A stretch of 64,000 nt of DNA. Origin: Trypanosoma brucei (taxonomy: Eukaryota). The position numbers were made by a program, and so were the translations under genes. Each line of letters opens with the position of its first letter. The first letter of the stretch is position 1. The stretch covers positions 672,001 through 736,000 of the forward strand of contig CH464491.1 in assembly GCA_000002445.1 (NCBI GenBank). The letters run 5' to 3'. This document shows positions 1 to 9,678 of the stretch, one piece after another. The notes under the pieces were generated by a model. It did not search any database, was not told the DNA's origin, and worked only from the letters and a program-made list of their open reading frames with translations.

Positions 1-137
1 GTCAGTGAGAGCCCTTTGGCAAAGAAGATAGGGGCAATCCCAGGGCAGGTATGCGCCGTATGGAATTACACTAATCGTCGCAAGTTTCAACGATAACATT
101 ATCAAGAATTATGAACTGAGAACCAACTTTGTATATT
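1..137 (+). repeat. Left arm of a perfect 137-bp inverted repeat. It is a copy of the ingi 5' hallmark in plus orientation.
   Basis: Checked base by base: the reverse complement of 5741-5877 equals 1-137 (137/137). Identity breaks at 138. The repeat abuts the window edge, so it may extend further left. Confidence 0.9.
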
Positions 138-179
138 TTGGAGGTGCGCAGGCAACGTTGAGTGAATTATTCAGGGGAA

Positions 180-191
180 TTTTTTTTTTTT
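180..191 (-). repeat. T12 on the plus strand, i.e. the A12 poly(A) tail of the minus-strand ingi.
   Basis: A homopolymer run lies directly 3' of the element's 3' UTR (ORF stop at 453). Confidence 0.6.
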
Positions 192-452
192 GGAATTTTC
201 TTCGTGCCTTCGTGGGAGTTTCCCCCCACTGGCGCGGCCATCAGCCATCACCGTAGAGCCCTGAGATGCTATCGGTCTGGCGACTGTGGCAGAGTCTCCC
301 TTTTTTATTCATCCTAACACTCCCTCTATAATTTTTGTTGTAGCTCCGCAGTTGAACGGAATACAGCAGATGGGGCAAGAGGCCCCCCACTCCGGACTCT
401 CCAAAAGATGTCAATTAGCAATCCTTTTGTTTTGATTTTTGTTATTCGTTTA

Positions 453-2162
453 TTATTCTCTCCCCCTCTTTCTGTTTCTGTTGCTTGTTGACTGCATACC
501 TCCTCTGTCTCTGAGGGTGTCTGGACTATTCCTGCGTCCGGTGCTTTTCCTGCTGGCTCCACACTCGGCAATAAGGGGGGAAGTTGCAGAAGGGAGAGTG
601 GGTTGTATGACTGTTACCTTAGGTGAGGACTTCACCTGTGGCCGGCTCCGTTCAACCGCAATGAGAAACTGCGCCAGCCTTTTGGAGAAACATACATCCT
701 GCACACACACACCTTCTACCGCAAACCTGACACGTAACTCCTTCAAACCGGGACAGCTCATCAAGTGCAGCGACGTTTCTTCGCAGTCGCCGCGTTGGCT
801 GGTAACAGCGCGCTCTACCTTCATACCGTGCATCTTCTTTTGATGTAGGGTGAGGCCAGTTTTGCTAGCACACTGCCTTCCGCATGTCGGGCACACCAAC
901 ATGGATGCTTTTGTATGCGGGGAATCAGTGGCACAAAATTTTGTGCTTTTGCTGCATTTAAGCTCGACTCCCTCACCTTTGTGGAAAGCCTTGCAGTGTC
1001 GGATGAGGGAGTCCCTGCAACTGAGCACTTTTTGGCACACACCACACTGCACCTCGCCTTTCCCCGGGACGTCAACGTTTCCCTCACGGGCACGCTTACG
1101 AGGGAATTGCACCAACACCACGGTACCGTCCTCCGTCACTATGCTTTTATGTTTGAATTTCTTGTGTAGTGTCAGGGAAGAACGTGTACCGAAGCTCGCC
1201 TCGCACAGGTCACATTGAAACGGCAGCTTCCGTGTATCCTGAGAGGCTGGCGCTGCTGGGGCTCTACCATCTCCTTGCAATGAGTCCTCGTTCTCTCGCC
1301 CCCTTTTCACGCGGCAACTACCGCTGCCTATGCCATGTATTGTTCTAAGGTGGTGTAGTAGTCGGCCTGGCACTGCGAATTTGGAGGCACAGATGGTACA
1401 ATGAAGCACCTGCGGTCTCATCGGGACTCGTGTGCTCGATGGTAGAGGAACGATCGCCACCACTGGAGGGGGCTCCGGGGGGATATCCACTGCAGGTGTT
1501 GCATCGCCGTATTTGATCCTCCGGAGGGCATCAGCTCGCACAAAGCCATGTTTGTTTACCATGTGCGTTACAGCACTCGAGCGGCATTGGTATGTGGCAT
1601 CACATTCCGTACATTTGGTCGGTTCGGAGGTTCTCTGAAGAGTGCGTGTCGCAACAGTTGGGGCCGTTTGTATTGTTGGCCCTATCGCTGCATGTTGCGG
1701 GTTACACCATCGGCACTGTGGAGGCACACTCGGGTTGATCTTTCGCAACATCCATCCATAGTGTCTTGAAGACCCAACCCGAAAGCGTGCCAGTGCCGTT
1801 TCTTCTTCCCTCGTCAGTTCTTCTTTATGTTTTGTTGGAAAGTGGTTGCCCGTGATACCAAACCTATGAGTGTTCTCATGGACTTCTTCCGACCTAAGCA
1901 CTCGCTTCGCATAAGCAATGATGTCGGGGATCCATGTATCTCGCAACTGTGGTAAATCTGCGGCCTTTTTGGCCATTTCATCGCAAACCTCATTCCGTTT
2001 CACGCCACAATGGCCAAACACAAATTGCAGTCGGATACGTATCTTCCTTCTCTGAACTTGAAGCAGAAGCCTCCATAGTCGTCTTAGAATTGGGTCCGTT
2101 ACGGCTAGGGGGCCTGTCTGCAGTGCTGTTAACATTGATAGAGAGTCAGAGAAGATGGACAA
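453..2162 (-). CDS. ingi ORF, C-terminal 569-aa segment: end of RNase H plus 5 C2H2 zinc fingers. It is displaced by frameshifts from the upstream segment.
   Basis: GHCGVKRNEVCDEMAKKAAD resembles the RNase H C-terminus. Repeated C-x2-C...H-x3-5-H units are present, e.g. CTECDATYQCRSSAVTHMVNKH, HCTICASKF...HHLRTIH, FQCDLCEASF...HKKFKH, CGVCQKV...RHCKAFH and CPTCGRQ...HQKKMH. Confidence 0.8.
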   Translation of the reverse strand: MSIFSDSLSMLTALQTGPLAVTDPILRRLWRLLLQVQRRKIRIRLQFVFGHCGVKRNEVCDEMAKKAADLPQLRDTWIPDIIAYAKRVLRSEEVHENTHRFGITGNHFPTKHKEELTREEETALARFRVGSSRHYGWMLRKINPSVPPQCRWCNPQHAAIGPTIQTAPTVATRTLQRTSEPTKCTECDATYQCRSSAVTHMVNKHGFVRADALRRIKYGDATPAVDIPPEPPPVVAIVPLPSSTRVPMRPQVLHCTICASKFAVPGRLLHHLRTIHGIGSGSCRVKRGRENEDSLQGDGRAPAAPASQDTRKLPFQCDLCEASFGTRSSLTLHKKFKHKSIVTEDGTVVLVQFPRKRAREGNVDVPGKGEVQCGVCQKVLSCRDSLIRHCKAFHKGEGVELKCSKSTKFCATDSPHTKASMLVCPTCGRQCASKTGLTLHQKKMHGMKVERAVTSQRGDCEETSLHLMSCPGLKELRVRFAVEGVCVQDVCFSKRLAQFLIAVERSRPQVKSSPKVTVIQPTLPSATSPLIAECGASRKSTGRRNSPDTLRDRGGMQSTSNRNRKRGRE

Positions 2163-2287
2163 CCTGCTCGGTGTGCTTCTGTATGCCAGAAGCCATTTCA
2201 GCAGCCGTTGCAGTCCTATCTCTAATGCTACGCATTCCGCTCTGTAACTGCATGAGAGTTCCCCTGCTCCGGTCTTGGGTGCACAAA

Positions 2288-5200
2288 TCAGCGCTTGTTT
2301 CTATAGAGCAGGGCAGCTGCTCCGGACTTCTCACCGAGGGACACGGATCCATCAGTCCACAATTCGTAGTGCTCTCGCCGCGGTGGCTCCTTCCCCCTCC
2401 GTGCAAAATGCCGTGCAATCCACTTTTCGGAAGCCTCCCTTTTGACATCGTCAGGGTCATCAGCGCACACAGGCTTTATCTGCGTGTGAAATAGTGGTCG
2501 GCAGCTGTGGCGGAGCGTCGATGTCTCTAGTGGGTGCTCGCGTGGCTCAATGCGGAGGTGGGGGTAGAACCGCATGATGCGGGAATGTGAGGCTCTGTCT
2601 GGGTGTTTGCTGTGGTATACTTCTTCAGCACTGCGCCGCAAACATCCGCCTCGTGACTCACACATCAGCATGAATTTCATGCTGCGCACAAGAGTGGTCG
2701 TCTTGAGTGGCAGGAGGTTTGCTTCCAGCAGAGAGTCCTCTTTGCGTGTCCCATGGGGTATGCCAGCTATGATGCAACTGGCTTTGTGTTGTGCTGCTGC
2801 AAGGAGATCGCGACTTCGTTCCGAAGCGTCCCAGTACCATACCTCAATGCCATACATGGTGTGTGCCTGTACGAGTGCTAGATAAAAAGCTCTCAGCACT
2901 TGTCGTCTTGGCCCCCATGTAGAAGCTGAGATGGCTGCTATCTGCAGTAGTCTGAAGTCCATCTTGCGTCTCGTTTCGGTCGTATGTGTTGCCATCCCTT
3001 GCAGACACTGGAATGTTACTCCTAGAAGCTTCGGTGTCCTGTCAGCTCCTATTCTTTCGCCGTCCAGTTGTAATGTAAGGGGGTGGCGCTCTATACACCC
3101 GAAGAGTTTGCACTTTGTTTTCGCTACGTTGACAGACATGAAATACTCTTTTGACCACTGTAACACCACGTTGAGACCGCATTGTAGTGTGTGGTTGATG
3201 ACATCCCTCTCGGTGTGCCTCGCAAGTAGCGTTAGGTCGTCTGCAAAGAATCCGTGCTGCAGTAACGGCACTTCTACAAGCCGCTGGCTCAACGAGTTCA
3301 TGACAATAATGAACATGATTGGGCCAAGGACAGTTCCTTGTGGCACTCCTCGCTCAAATGTTCTGCTTCTGGAAAGCTTCTCCTTGAATCTCACTCTGCC
3401 AGTTCGGTTACTCAGAAATGATACGCACCACTTCACAATGTGGGGTGATACCTTCATTCTGTGCATTTCCCTCGCAATTCTGTTGTGTTCTACTGTATCA
3501 AATGCCTTCTCGTAGTCAACGAATATAGCACCCGTACGAGATTGGTGCGTGGGACGGCAGAGGGCAGCGCGGACGTGCAGGAGTTGTTCGAGCGTTGAGC
3601 ATCCGCGGCGAAAGCCTGATTGCTGCGCCGTCAGCTGGGACTCAACAGTGTCTCTAAGCCTCGTGGCAATTATGCGCTCCATGACTTTGCATAGACAGCT
3701 CGTGAGCGTCACAGGCCTGTAAGAATCGAGGTCCTCCGCCTTTTTTCCGGCCTTCAGGATGGGGATGATAACACCAATCTTCCATGCAGGCGGCACGACT
3801 CCCGTTCGTAGGCTCTCATTGAATAGCCTCAGAACAACATTCAGCGCTGTTCTGCCGAGGTGTTGTAGTGCCTCGTTGTGTAAGCAATCAGGTCCGGCTG
3901 CGGATCCACTCGGTAGCAGTTTGATCGATCTCCGTAGTTCAGCCATCGTGATGGGACTGAACTCACTCGCTATCGTCTTTATTGGTGCCGGTGGGTGTGA
4001 GTCGGGGTGTCTTCTTGCGCGGGACGAGTACAGTTTAATGAACCTCTCAGCTTGACAGTAGTCCGTGATGGCCGCGTTATCAACAAGTACAGCCGGTGTG
4101 GTTAGTGGTCGTGGCGCATATACCTTCTTGACAATGTGCCAACTGCAGCGGTCTGACACCGCAAGTCTGGAGCATAGCGTGCTCCATCTCTTCTTTGTGG
4201 TACGGTCCAGGATCTGCTTACGCGTGGCTACCAACTTTTCCCTTCGGTGGGAGGGTCCGCATCCAGCGATCTCTTCATCGAGTTTCGCGAGCTCAGGTGT
4301 CCAATGTGGTGGCGTTGCTCTGCAGCCACGGGGGACGGAGACCTTCGTCGCAATGCGGATGGCGGAGCTCAATTTCTGTTCCAGGGTGTTGACGTTCTTC
4401 TCTCTACCAATTTTCCTGCAGAGCTCGTCAACCTTGAGACGGAAATTCCTCCAGTTAGCTTTTAGCCATGCGTACATGGGCTTTCGAAGCCGCGGGCAAC
4501 TCAGTGCATCTGTGTCGTCTCCAACGATAACGTCGAAAAATATGTGATGGTGATCGCTATCGGGAGAATACAGCGATGTCCACGTGTACACTGTGCAATT
4601 CCTTGACAGTGTCACATCAGGGGTGGACTCCCCGTGGTGGCGCGCGTACCTGGTGCACTCACCAGTGTTGCAGACCAGAAACTGGTTGTCAATGCACCAC
4701 TGTGTGAGGGTTTCACCCTTGGTATTTGGTGGGCTCGCGCGATCCCATGCCAACGCGTGTGCGTTAGCGTCTGCACCGATGAGCTGGGCACCGTCAGTCG
4801 TCAGAAGCGTATCTAGGTCAGTTGCCGTGAAGGTGTGTTTTGGTGGGATGTATGCCGACGTGACAGTCAGCGCCGTTCCACGTGCAAGGTGAATTGTTGC
4901 ATGCACTTGTTCAATGCGACCAATAACGGCCATACCGGTCTCGACTGGTAGGTCCTCCCTCACTAGTATTGATACACCACCTCCTTTGCAGTTACGAGCT
5001 ATTCCGTAATGTTGGTAGCCAGCAACGCTAAAGCAAGCCGCCTCTCCAGGCGTCATCCTTGTCTCGCTCAACAGACAAAAGGCGATCCGCTCATCAACAA
5101 GGGTTTTGTGGAGTGCTAATCTCTTTCCTTGAGATAGCCCGACGCAGTTCCACTGCATCCCGCGCAACGACGGGCCGGGATTCTCTTCCACATCACCGGA

Positions 5201-5473
5201 CAGCAGCATCTTAGTGCGGATGATACTGCTGATGGCACGCTGGCACGTGCCCAGGGACCGACAAATGAAAGACGGTGTCCCAGCAAGACGCTGCTGATCC
5301 CTGTGCTGTATGATGCCGTAGCCGGAGCACAGCAGTGTTCCCCATGAAAGGAACGCTGCTGGCTCTTGGCTTCCCCCGATGATACGGGGTACTGGACCCT
5401 GGCACCACGTTGAGGTGGCCGGCATCGCCAGGGTATTCAGGGGAACTGCGCCCGCAGAAAATAATACACACAA
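2288..5473 (-). CDS. ingi ORF, N-terminal 1061-aa segment: 2A peptide, AP endonuclease, reverse transcriptase, start of RNase H.
   Basis: Translation contains LLSGDVEENPGP, then an APE-like region (WNCVGL...SETR). RT motifs follow, including FADDLTLLA, and the segment ends ...YELWTDGSVSLGEKSGAAALLYRNKR (RNase H). Reading continues in other frames at 2146-2460 and 453-2162, so this is a frameshifted segment of one ingi polyprotein ORF. Confidence 0.85.
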   Translation of the reverse strand: MCVLFSAGAVPLNTLAMPATSTWCQGPVPRIIGGSQEPAAFLSWGTLLCSGYGIIQHRDQQRLAGTPSFICRSLGTCQRAISSIIRTKMLLSGDVEENPGPSLRGMQWNCVGLSQGKRLALHKTLVDERIAFCLLSETRMTPGEAACFSVAGYQHYGIARNCKGGGVSILVREDLPVETGMAVIGRIEQVHATIHLARGTALTVTSAYIPPKHTFTATDLDTLLTTDGAQLIGADANAHALAWDRASPPNTKGETLTQWCIDNQFLVCNTGECTRYARHHGESTPDVTLSRNCTVYTWTSLYSPDSDHHHIFFDVIVGDDTDALSCPRLRKPMYAWLKANWRNFRLKVDELCRKIGREKNVNTLEQKLSSAIRIATKVSVPRGCRATPPHWTPELAKLDEEIAGCGPSHRREKLVATRKQILDRTTKKRWSTLCSRLAVSDRCSWHIVKKVYAPRPLTTPAVLVDNAAITDYCQAERFIKLYSSRARRHPDSHPPAPIKTIASEFSPITMAELRRSIKLLPSGSAAGPDCLHNEALQHLGRTALNVVLRLFNESLRTGVVPPAWKIGVIIPILKAGKKAEDLDSYRPVTLTSCLCKVMERIIATRLRDTVESQLTAQQSGFRRGCSTLEQLLHVRAALCRPTHQSRTGAIFVDYEKAFDTVEHNRIAREMHRMKVSPHIVKWCVSFLSNRTGRVRFKEKLSRSRTFERGVPQGTVLGPIMFIIVMNSLSQRLVEVPLLQHGFFADDLTLLARHTERDVINHTLQCGLNVVLQWSKEYFMSVNVAKTKCKLFGCIERHPLTLQLDGERIGADRTPKLLGVTFQCLQGMATHTTETRRKMDFRLLQIAAISASTWGPRRQVLRAFYLALVQAHTMYGIEVWYWDASERSRDLLAAAQHKASCIIAGIPHGTRKEDSLLEANLLPLKTTTLVRSMKFMLMCESRGGCLRRSAEEVYHSKHPDRASHSRIMRFYPHLRIEPREHPLETSTLRHSCRPLFHTQIKPVCADDPDDVKREASEKWIARHFARRGKEPPRREHYELWTDGSVSLGEKSGAAALLYRNKR
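5171..5194 (-). other. 2A-like ribosome-skipping peptide motif (DVEENPGP) near the N-terminus of the ingi polyprotein.
   Basis: The exact consensus D-x-E-x-NPGP is preceded by LLSG. Functional 2A sequences are established for L1Tc and ingi elements. Confidence 0.7.
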
Positions 5474-5740
5474 ATGGGAACTGCCCGGTCTTGGCAGAAG
5501 AACTTAAACACTTCCCGCTATCACTTTAAATACTGCGAGCCACGCTGTCACAACGAGACAACGGGGGCTCCAACCCAAACGATCCAGGGCCGGAGTTACC
5601 GCGCAATTGATTGGTGTAATAAACGGGGGAGGGCCAACCAGAGGAGGCAGCGGTAATATTTACTAAATGCAAAATGGTATTAATCCAGTGGGTCATTGAT
5701 GCGGCATTGCGGCGCTAAAGGGCTGCGCAGCGGGCCCCTT

Positions 5741-5877
5741 AATATACAAAGTTGGTTCTCAGTTCATAATTCTTGATAATGTTATCGTTGAAACTTGCGA
5801 CGATTAGTGTAATTCCATACGGCGCATACCTGCCCTGGGATTGCCCCTATCTTCTTTGCCAAAGGGCTCTCACTGAC
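5741..5877 (-). repeat. Right arm of the 137-bp inverted repeat. It is the 5' end of the minus-strand ingi.
   Basis: Same as above. It contains the CCCAGGGCAGGTATGCGCCGTATGGAATTACACTAATCGTCGCAAGTTTCAACG signature-like core. Confidence 0.9.
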
Positions 5878-8103
5878 CAACATTGCCGAATAGCACACCG
5901 ATTAACAAAAGAAAAAAAGTAATCGAATGCACTTGCGGGAATGTAGAAGTCTCTGAAAATTAACTGCAGCGACAACTCAACCACGTTTTCCAGCGGTCAG
6001 AGGGGCGGGCCACAGAACCGGCAACTGGGGAATGCAACATTATACGGCACTTGGCGTGTGCGCTCGGAACTCACCGTATCCCGTGGTGGCGGGAAGGGGC
6101 GGGTAAGAGAAGCAAAACCCCCAAACCTTCTGGCACCCGCTTCCCAATCAATAAAAGTGACATCGCAACACACGAAACAAACGGCTTAGTGTGAAAAGGC
6201 AAGTTTACTGAAGACGAAGGGTGACAGCGCCGGCTCAGTAGGAACCAAGGGTGCAAAACCCCGCGAACCTTCTGTTTGGGCCCCGTTCGAATGAGAATAT
6301 GTTATGGTGCAGGTGCCGGGTGGTTTTCCACTCGGCCCAAATAAGCAAGCACAGCTGAAGAACCGCGGCTGGGGAATTTGCGGGGAAGGTGGTGCGCAAA
6401 GGGATGATCGAATATTGCGGAACACTCGGGGCCAAAGAGGGCCAGTTTCCCGATACGTGGATGCGGCCATATCCCTGCAACAACAAAAAAAAACACTTCA
6501 CAAGCGGCCCAGTTCAGCGGAAAGATGGCGGTTCGAAACGGACAACTGGCTTCCCTTTCCGTGAGGAAAACATGGTGAGCCTCCCATCCCAATAATTTAT
6601 ATCAAAACATTTGCACTGGAAGACTTGAAGGCTAACGAACTGGACGGCGGGAAGAGGACCCACACATTGCAAAGGGGAAGGTGGATTGGGAAAAGGATTT
6701 CGCTGGGTGTGACCGCCATCGCCTTAATCGGGTGGGGAAAAAAGGATAAAACAGCATAGGGGCGCTGGGAGGTTGGGCAGCAGCTATCGTGCGGAATTGG
6801 TGGTGGTGGGGGTATGGTTGAATAGGCTACTAAAATAAATAAATAAATAATGAAGGACAAACCTTCGTCGTGGATAACATCGCAGGCATTGGCAGGCACT
6901 ATTTCTCTTAAGGCATCTTCCACATCGGGTGGAAGATGGAATATTTTTGTGTGTGTTATATAGTGGTCAGTTCCGACGTTCATTAGTAGCAACGCGGTGA
7001 TATCAAAATTTACTGTTTTTTTGTTTTTTTTTTTAGTTGCGGCATGGAGGAAAATGAATTAGCGGACGAAGTCGCAGATAAGAGAAACAAACGCACTTAT
7101 TAATTTTGAAGCTAGTGCGACGAGTTCTAAAGCTCTCCAAGTTGTTGGAACAAGAAGAAACCCATCACCATGCAGTATACGCCCAAAGGGAACATAAGAA
7201 GCGCGTCAACATCTTTCCCTCAGTTAATGACCATTATCCTACTCCCCCAATGTTGCAAACGAAACCAAAACGTCACCATATTTCGAAAAGCAATTAAAAG
7301 GTCCCAGTCGCCTTATGAAGCATTGGTGTTCTGCAGAATAACAAAGGTGGCACAATGAGTTTTTCAACAGTTACATAAAAGGGGAAGAAAATAAAAAGGA
7401 TAAGAAAACGGATCTTCTGGCAAACTCAGCTTCCTCGCCGTGAATGGCGGTAGCGGGTAACGTCATGTATAACTATAAAAAAATATATGAAATGTCAATA
7501 CTTTTTGTAATCCCTATGTCTCCTCCTCGTGCTGTTGCCCGCCAAAAAGTGATACTCTTTCATTAGAGTGCGTCAATTACCTTAAAGTGTCGCTCAATCT
7601 GCAATTCCCTATATTCAGTGGGAAAGGCGAAGGAAAGTAATGTTGCTTCTATGCTTCACTTGCCGGCACCGATGTGCAGTTGCTACTAGAGACAAAAAGA
7701 AATCCCCCTACTACGCTAAATAGAGAAGAACCAAGCAGAGAACGAAACCAGAAAGGAGGGTTCATTGGATAGAACGAAGCAAATATACGGAACAAAGAAT
7801 GAAATTTTTAAAAAAGGTGAAACTTTGTTGTTGGTGTTGATCATCACTCATTCATTTACCTCACTATTCGGTTGTCCTCCAGTGTTTCGGCCGCATGGCT
7901 CCTCATGAAGAAACAACCTGACAGGAAGGTTAAGTTCAACAAAATGCCCCTGTCACAAGCGTTTGGGGGGCAATGAGGTGACGTTTTATTACAAAAGTAA
8001 AAAAGAATTCTGACGCTCATTACAGAAATACGAAACAAAATTTAATGCCACCGTTTGTACTTACTGGAAATGTGGTGCGCACTTTGTGCTGCGGCCTTTA
8101 AAA

Positions 8104-8126
8104 AAATAATAATAATAATAATAATC
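8104..8126. repeat. (AAT)7 microsatellite.
   Basis: Seen directly. Confidence 0.85.
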
Positions 8127-8732
8127 AAGTAAACAGAAAATAGTATCGATCGTGGGAGGGAAAAAGGTATCAGAGCGAATGCACGGGCGACTATATATGT
8201 ATACAAATTCATATAAGCATATATATATGTGCACCTTCTGCCTCTAATGCATTTAAGTTCATGCATGGGTTTAGAAAGGAACGACGACAGAGGAGTGAAT
8301 ATTCTCACGATACATATGCGTATGCCTCCTCCGCAAACAGTTCCCCTTTCCCCATTTCTTATCTTCGATTTCTGCGTCGAAGTTGCTTTACCCCTGCTGA
8401 AACAATTCGAGTAAAGAACAAACAGTATCACACACAAAAAAAGTAAAAGAGTAAAAGATACATTTTAAAACAAAACAGTGAAGACAAAAAAAGCTTTCTA
8501 ACGCTAACAAAACTGAAGAAAGAAACTCCTGAGGGATATTGGTCAATCCTCCCTATTTGCGGTATTTTTTTTTCTCCCTACTTATATTTATTTACGCTCC
8601 ACTTTCTTTCTTTTCTCCCCGCCTCGCCAAGGAAACCTGCAACTACAGATCAGTTTGAAATATTTTAATTTCACATTCCTCGTTCCGCACGTTGTGGGGT
8701 TCCTACCTCTTTTTCGTTGACGCGCCCATGCG

Positions 8733-9401
8733 TTACGTCGAACTCGGAACAACTTTAAACTTCGCGAGCTCAGTGGCCATTTGCTGGGCAACAATGGCGC
8801 TGCACGCCGCATATTTTGGTAGTGCCGACCCAATGAATACCGGAATGAGACTCGCAAGTTGTTTAATCTCCGCGTTGAGAGTTTTCTTGGCCTGATCATA
8901 CTTTGCGAAGGCGGCATCACGGTCCTTGGATTCTTTTATGAACGATTTACTTTCCGTGAGGGGTTTGTCCTTCTTTGCGTAACTCTTCTCAGTTTCCTCC
9001 ACGTTATACTTGTGTTTGTCGTATGCGTGCCTGAGGGCCACGGCATTGTTGTAAAGTCGCATAACCTTTTCCTGCTGTATTTTGATGGGACGACCTGCTT
9101 CCTTCACATTGGTTACGAAGTCTTGCTGCAGGGTCGAAAGCATCGGGCCAATCTTAAGTTTCCGCACTTCCCCTTCGAAACTCACTGCCAACGAAGCCGC
9201 TTGCCCATCCGTGCCGTGTGCGAACTCCACAAATGATTGCGATGTGTTCTCATACGCCTTTATCAAGGACTGGAACGCCTGAGTTGTGGCGGTGACATTC
9301 ACCTCAAATTTTTCTATCACCTTCCCCAGACCTCGGATATACGCTCCCTTGTCGTCGAGATCCTTATCAACTGTTTCGGGGATGTTGCTGCAGCAGGGCA
9401 T
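8733..9401 (-). CDS. Hypothetical 222-aa protein. It is predicted mostly alpha-helical (possible BAR-like three-helix bundle) with an N-terminal MPCC di-cysteine, a candidate acylation site.
   Basis: Clean ORF with protein-like composition on the same strand as its neighbours. No family confidently recognised. Confidence 0.6.
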   Translation of the reverse strand: MPCCSNIPETVDKDLDDKGAYIRGLGKVIEKFEVNVTATTQAFQSLIKAYENTSQSFVEFAHGTDGQAASLAVSFEGEVRKLKIGPMLSTLQQDFVTNVKEAGRPIKIQQEKVMRLYNNAVALRHAYDKHKYNVEETEKSYAKKDKPLTESKSFIKESKDRDAAFAKYDQAKKTLNAEIKQLASLIPVFIGSALPKYAACSAIVAQQMATELAKFKVVPSST

Positions 9402-9678
9402 AATTGCTCCTTTTCTTCTCTGTCTTGCTTACCGTGTCTTGCTTCTCGACAATGTTTATTGATTGTAATCCTGAAAGCTGAGATATTACTGAAAGGAAAA
9501 GAAAAAAAAAGGGTAGAAGCATAGGCATAAGGGAACACACACATTCACATACATACGCATATATATCTGGGTTCACACAAAACTGATGTTAAGCAACACC
9601 ACTCTGTGACAAAGTTCTGATGGAAATCCACATGCAACATAAATGATGATGGAAGAAAAATGTTTCCAATGAAATAGC

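Larger units (their letters stand above)
180..5877 (-). mobile_element. Degenerate ingi/L1Tc-clade non-LTR (LINE-like) retrotransposon. The 5' hallmark is at 5741-5877 and the poly(A) tail is the T12 run at 180-191 on the plus strand.
   Basis: One long minus-strand ORF system encodes APE endonuclease, reverse transcriptase (FADD motif), RNase H (TDGS) and five C-terminal C2H2 fingers. It is split by frameshifts around 2146-2460. An N-terminal 2A motif DVEENPGP is present. The 5' end carries the conserved ingi/RIME/L1Tc-type signature with the TCGCAAGTTTCAACG core. Total length is about 5.7 kb, and the element is A-tailed. Confidence 0.85.

Noticed and set aside
439-2494. Plus-strand ORFs inside the retroelement (439..843, 850..1218, 1934..2494 and similar).
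   Set aside because: They are shadow frames opposite the clearly homologous minus-strand ingi ORF, with low-complexity translations and no motifs.
6520-6545. GGTTCGAAAC motif resembling a tRNA T-loop (ggcggttcgaaacggac).
   Set aside because: There is no complementary T-stem (ggcgg is followed by cggac, not ccgcc), and no acceptor-stem pairing or A/B-box spacing. I found no convincing tRNA anywhere in the window.
6597-8437. Minus-strand ORFs 6597..6992 (131 aa) and 8042..8437 (131 aa) in the long spacer right of the ingi.
   Set aside because: No protein-like composition. They contain microsatellite-derived runs (IIIIIII, PPPPP) and are likely UTR or intergenic.
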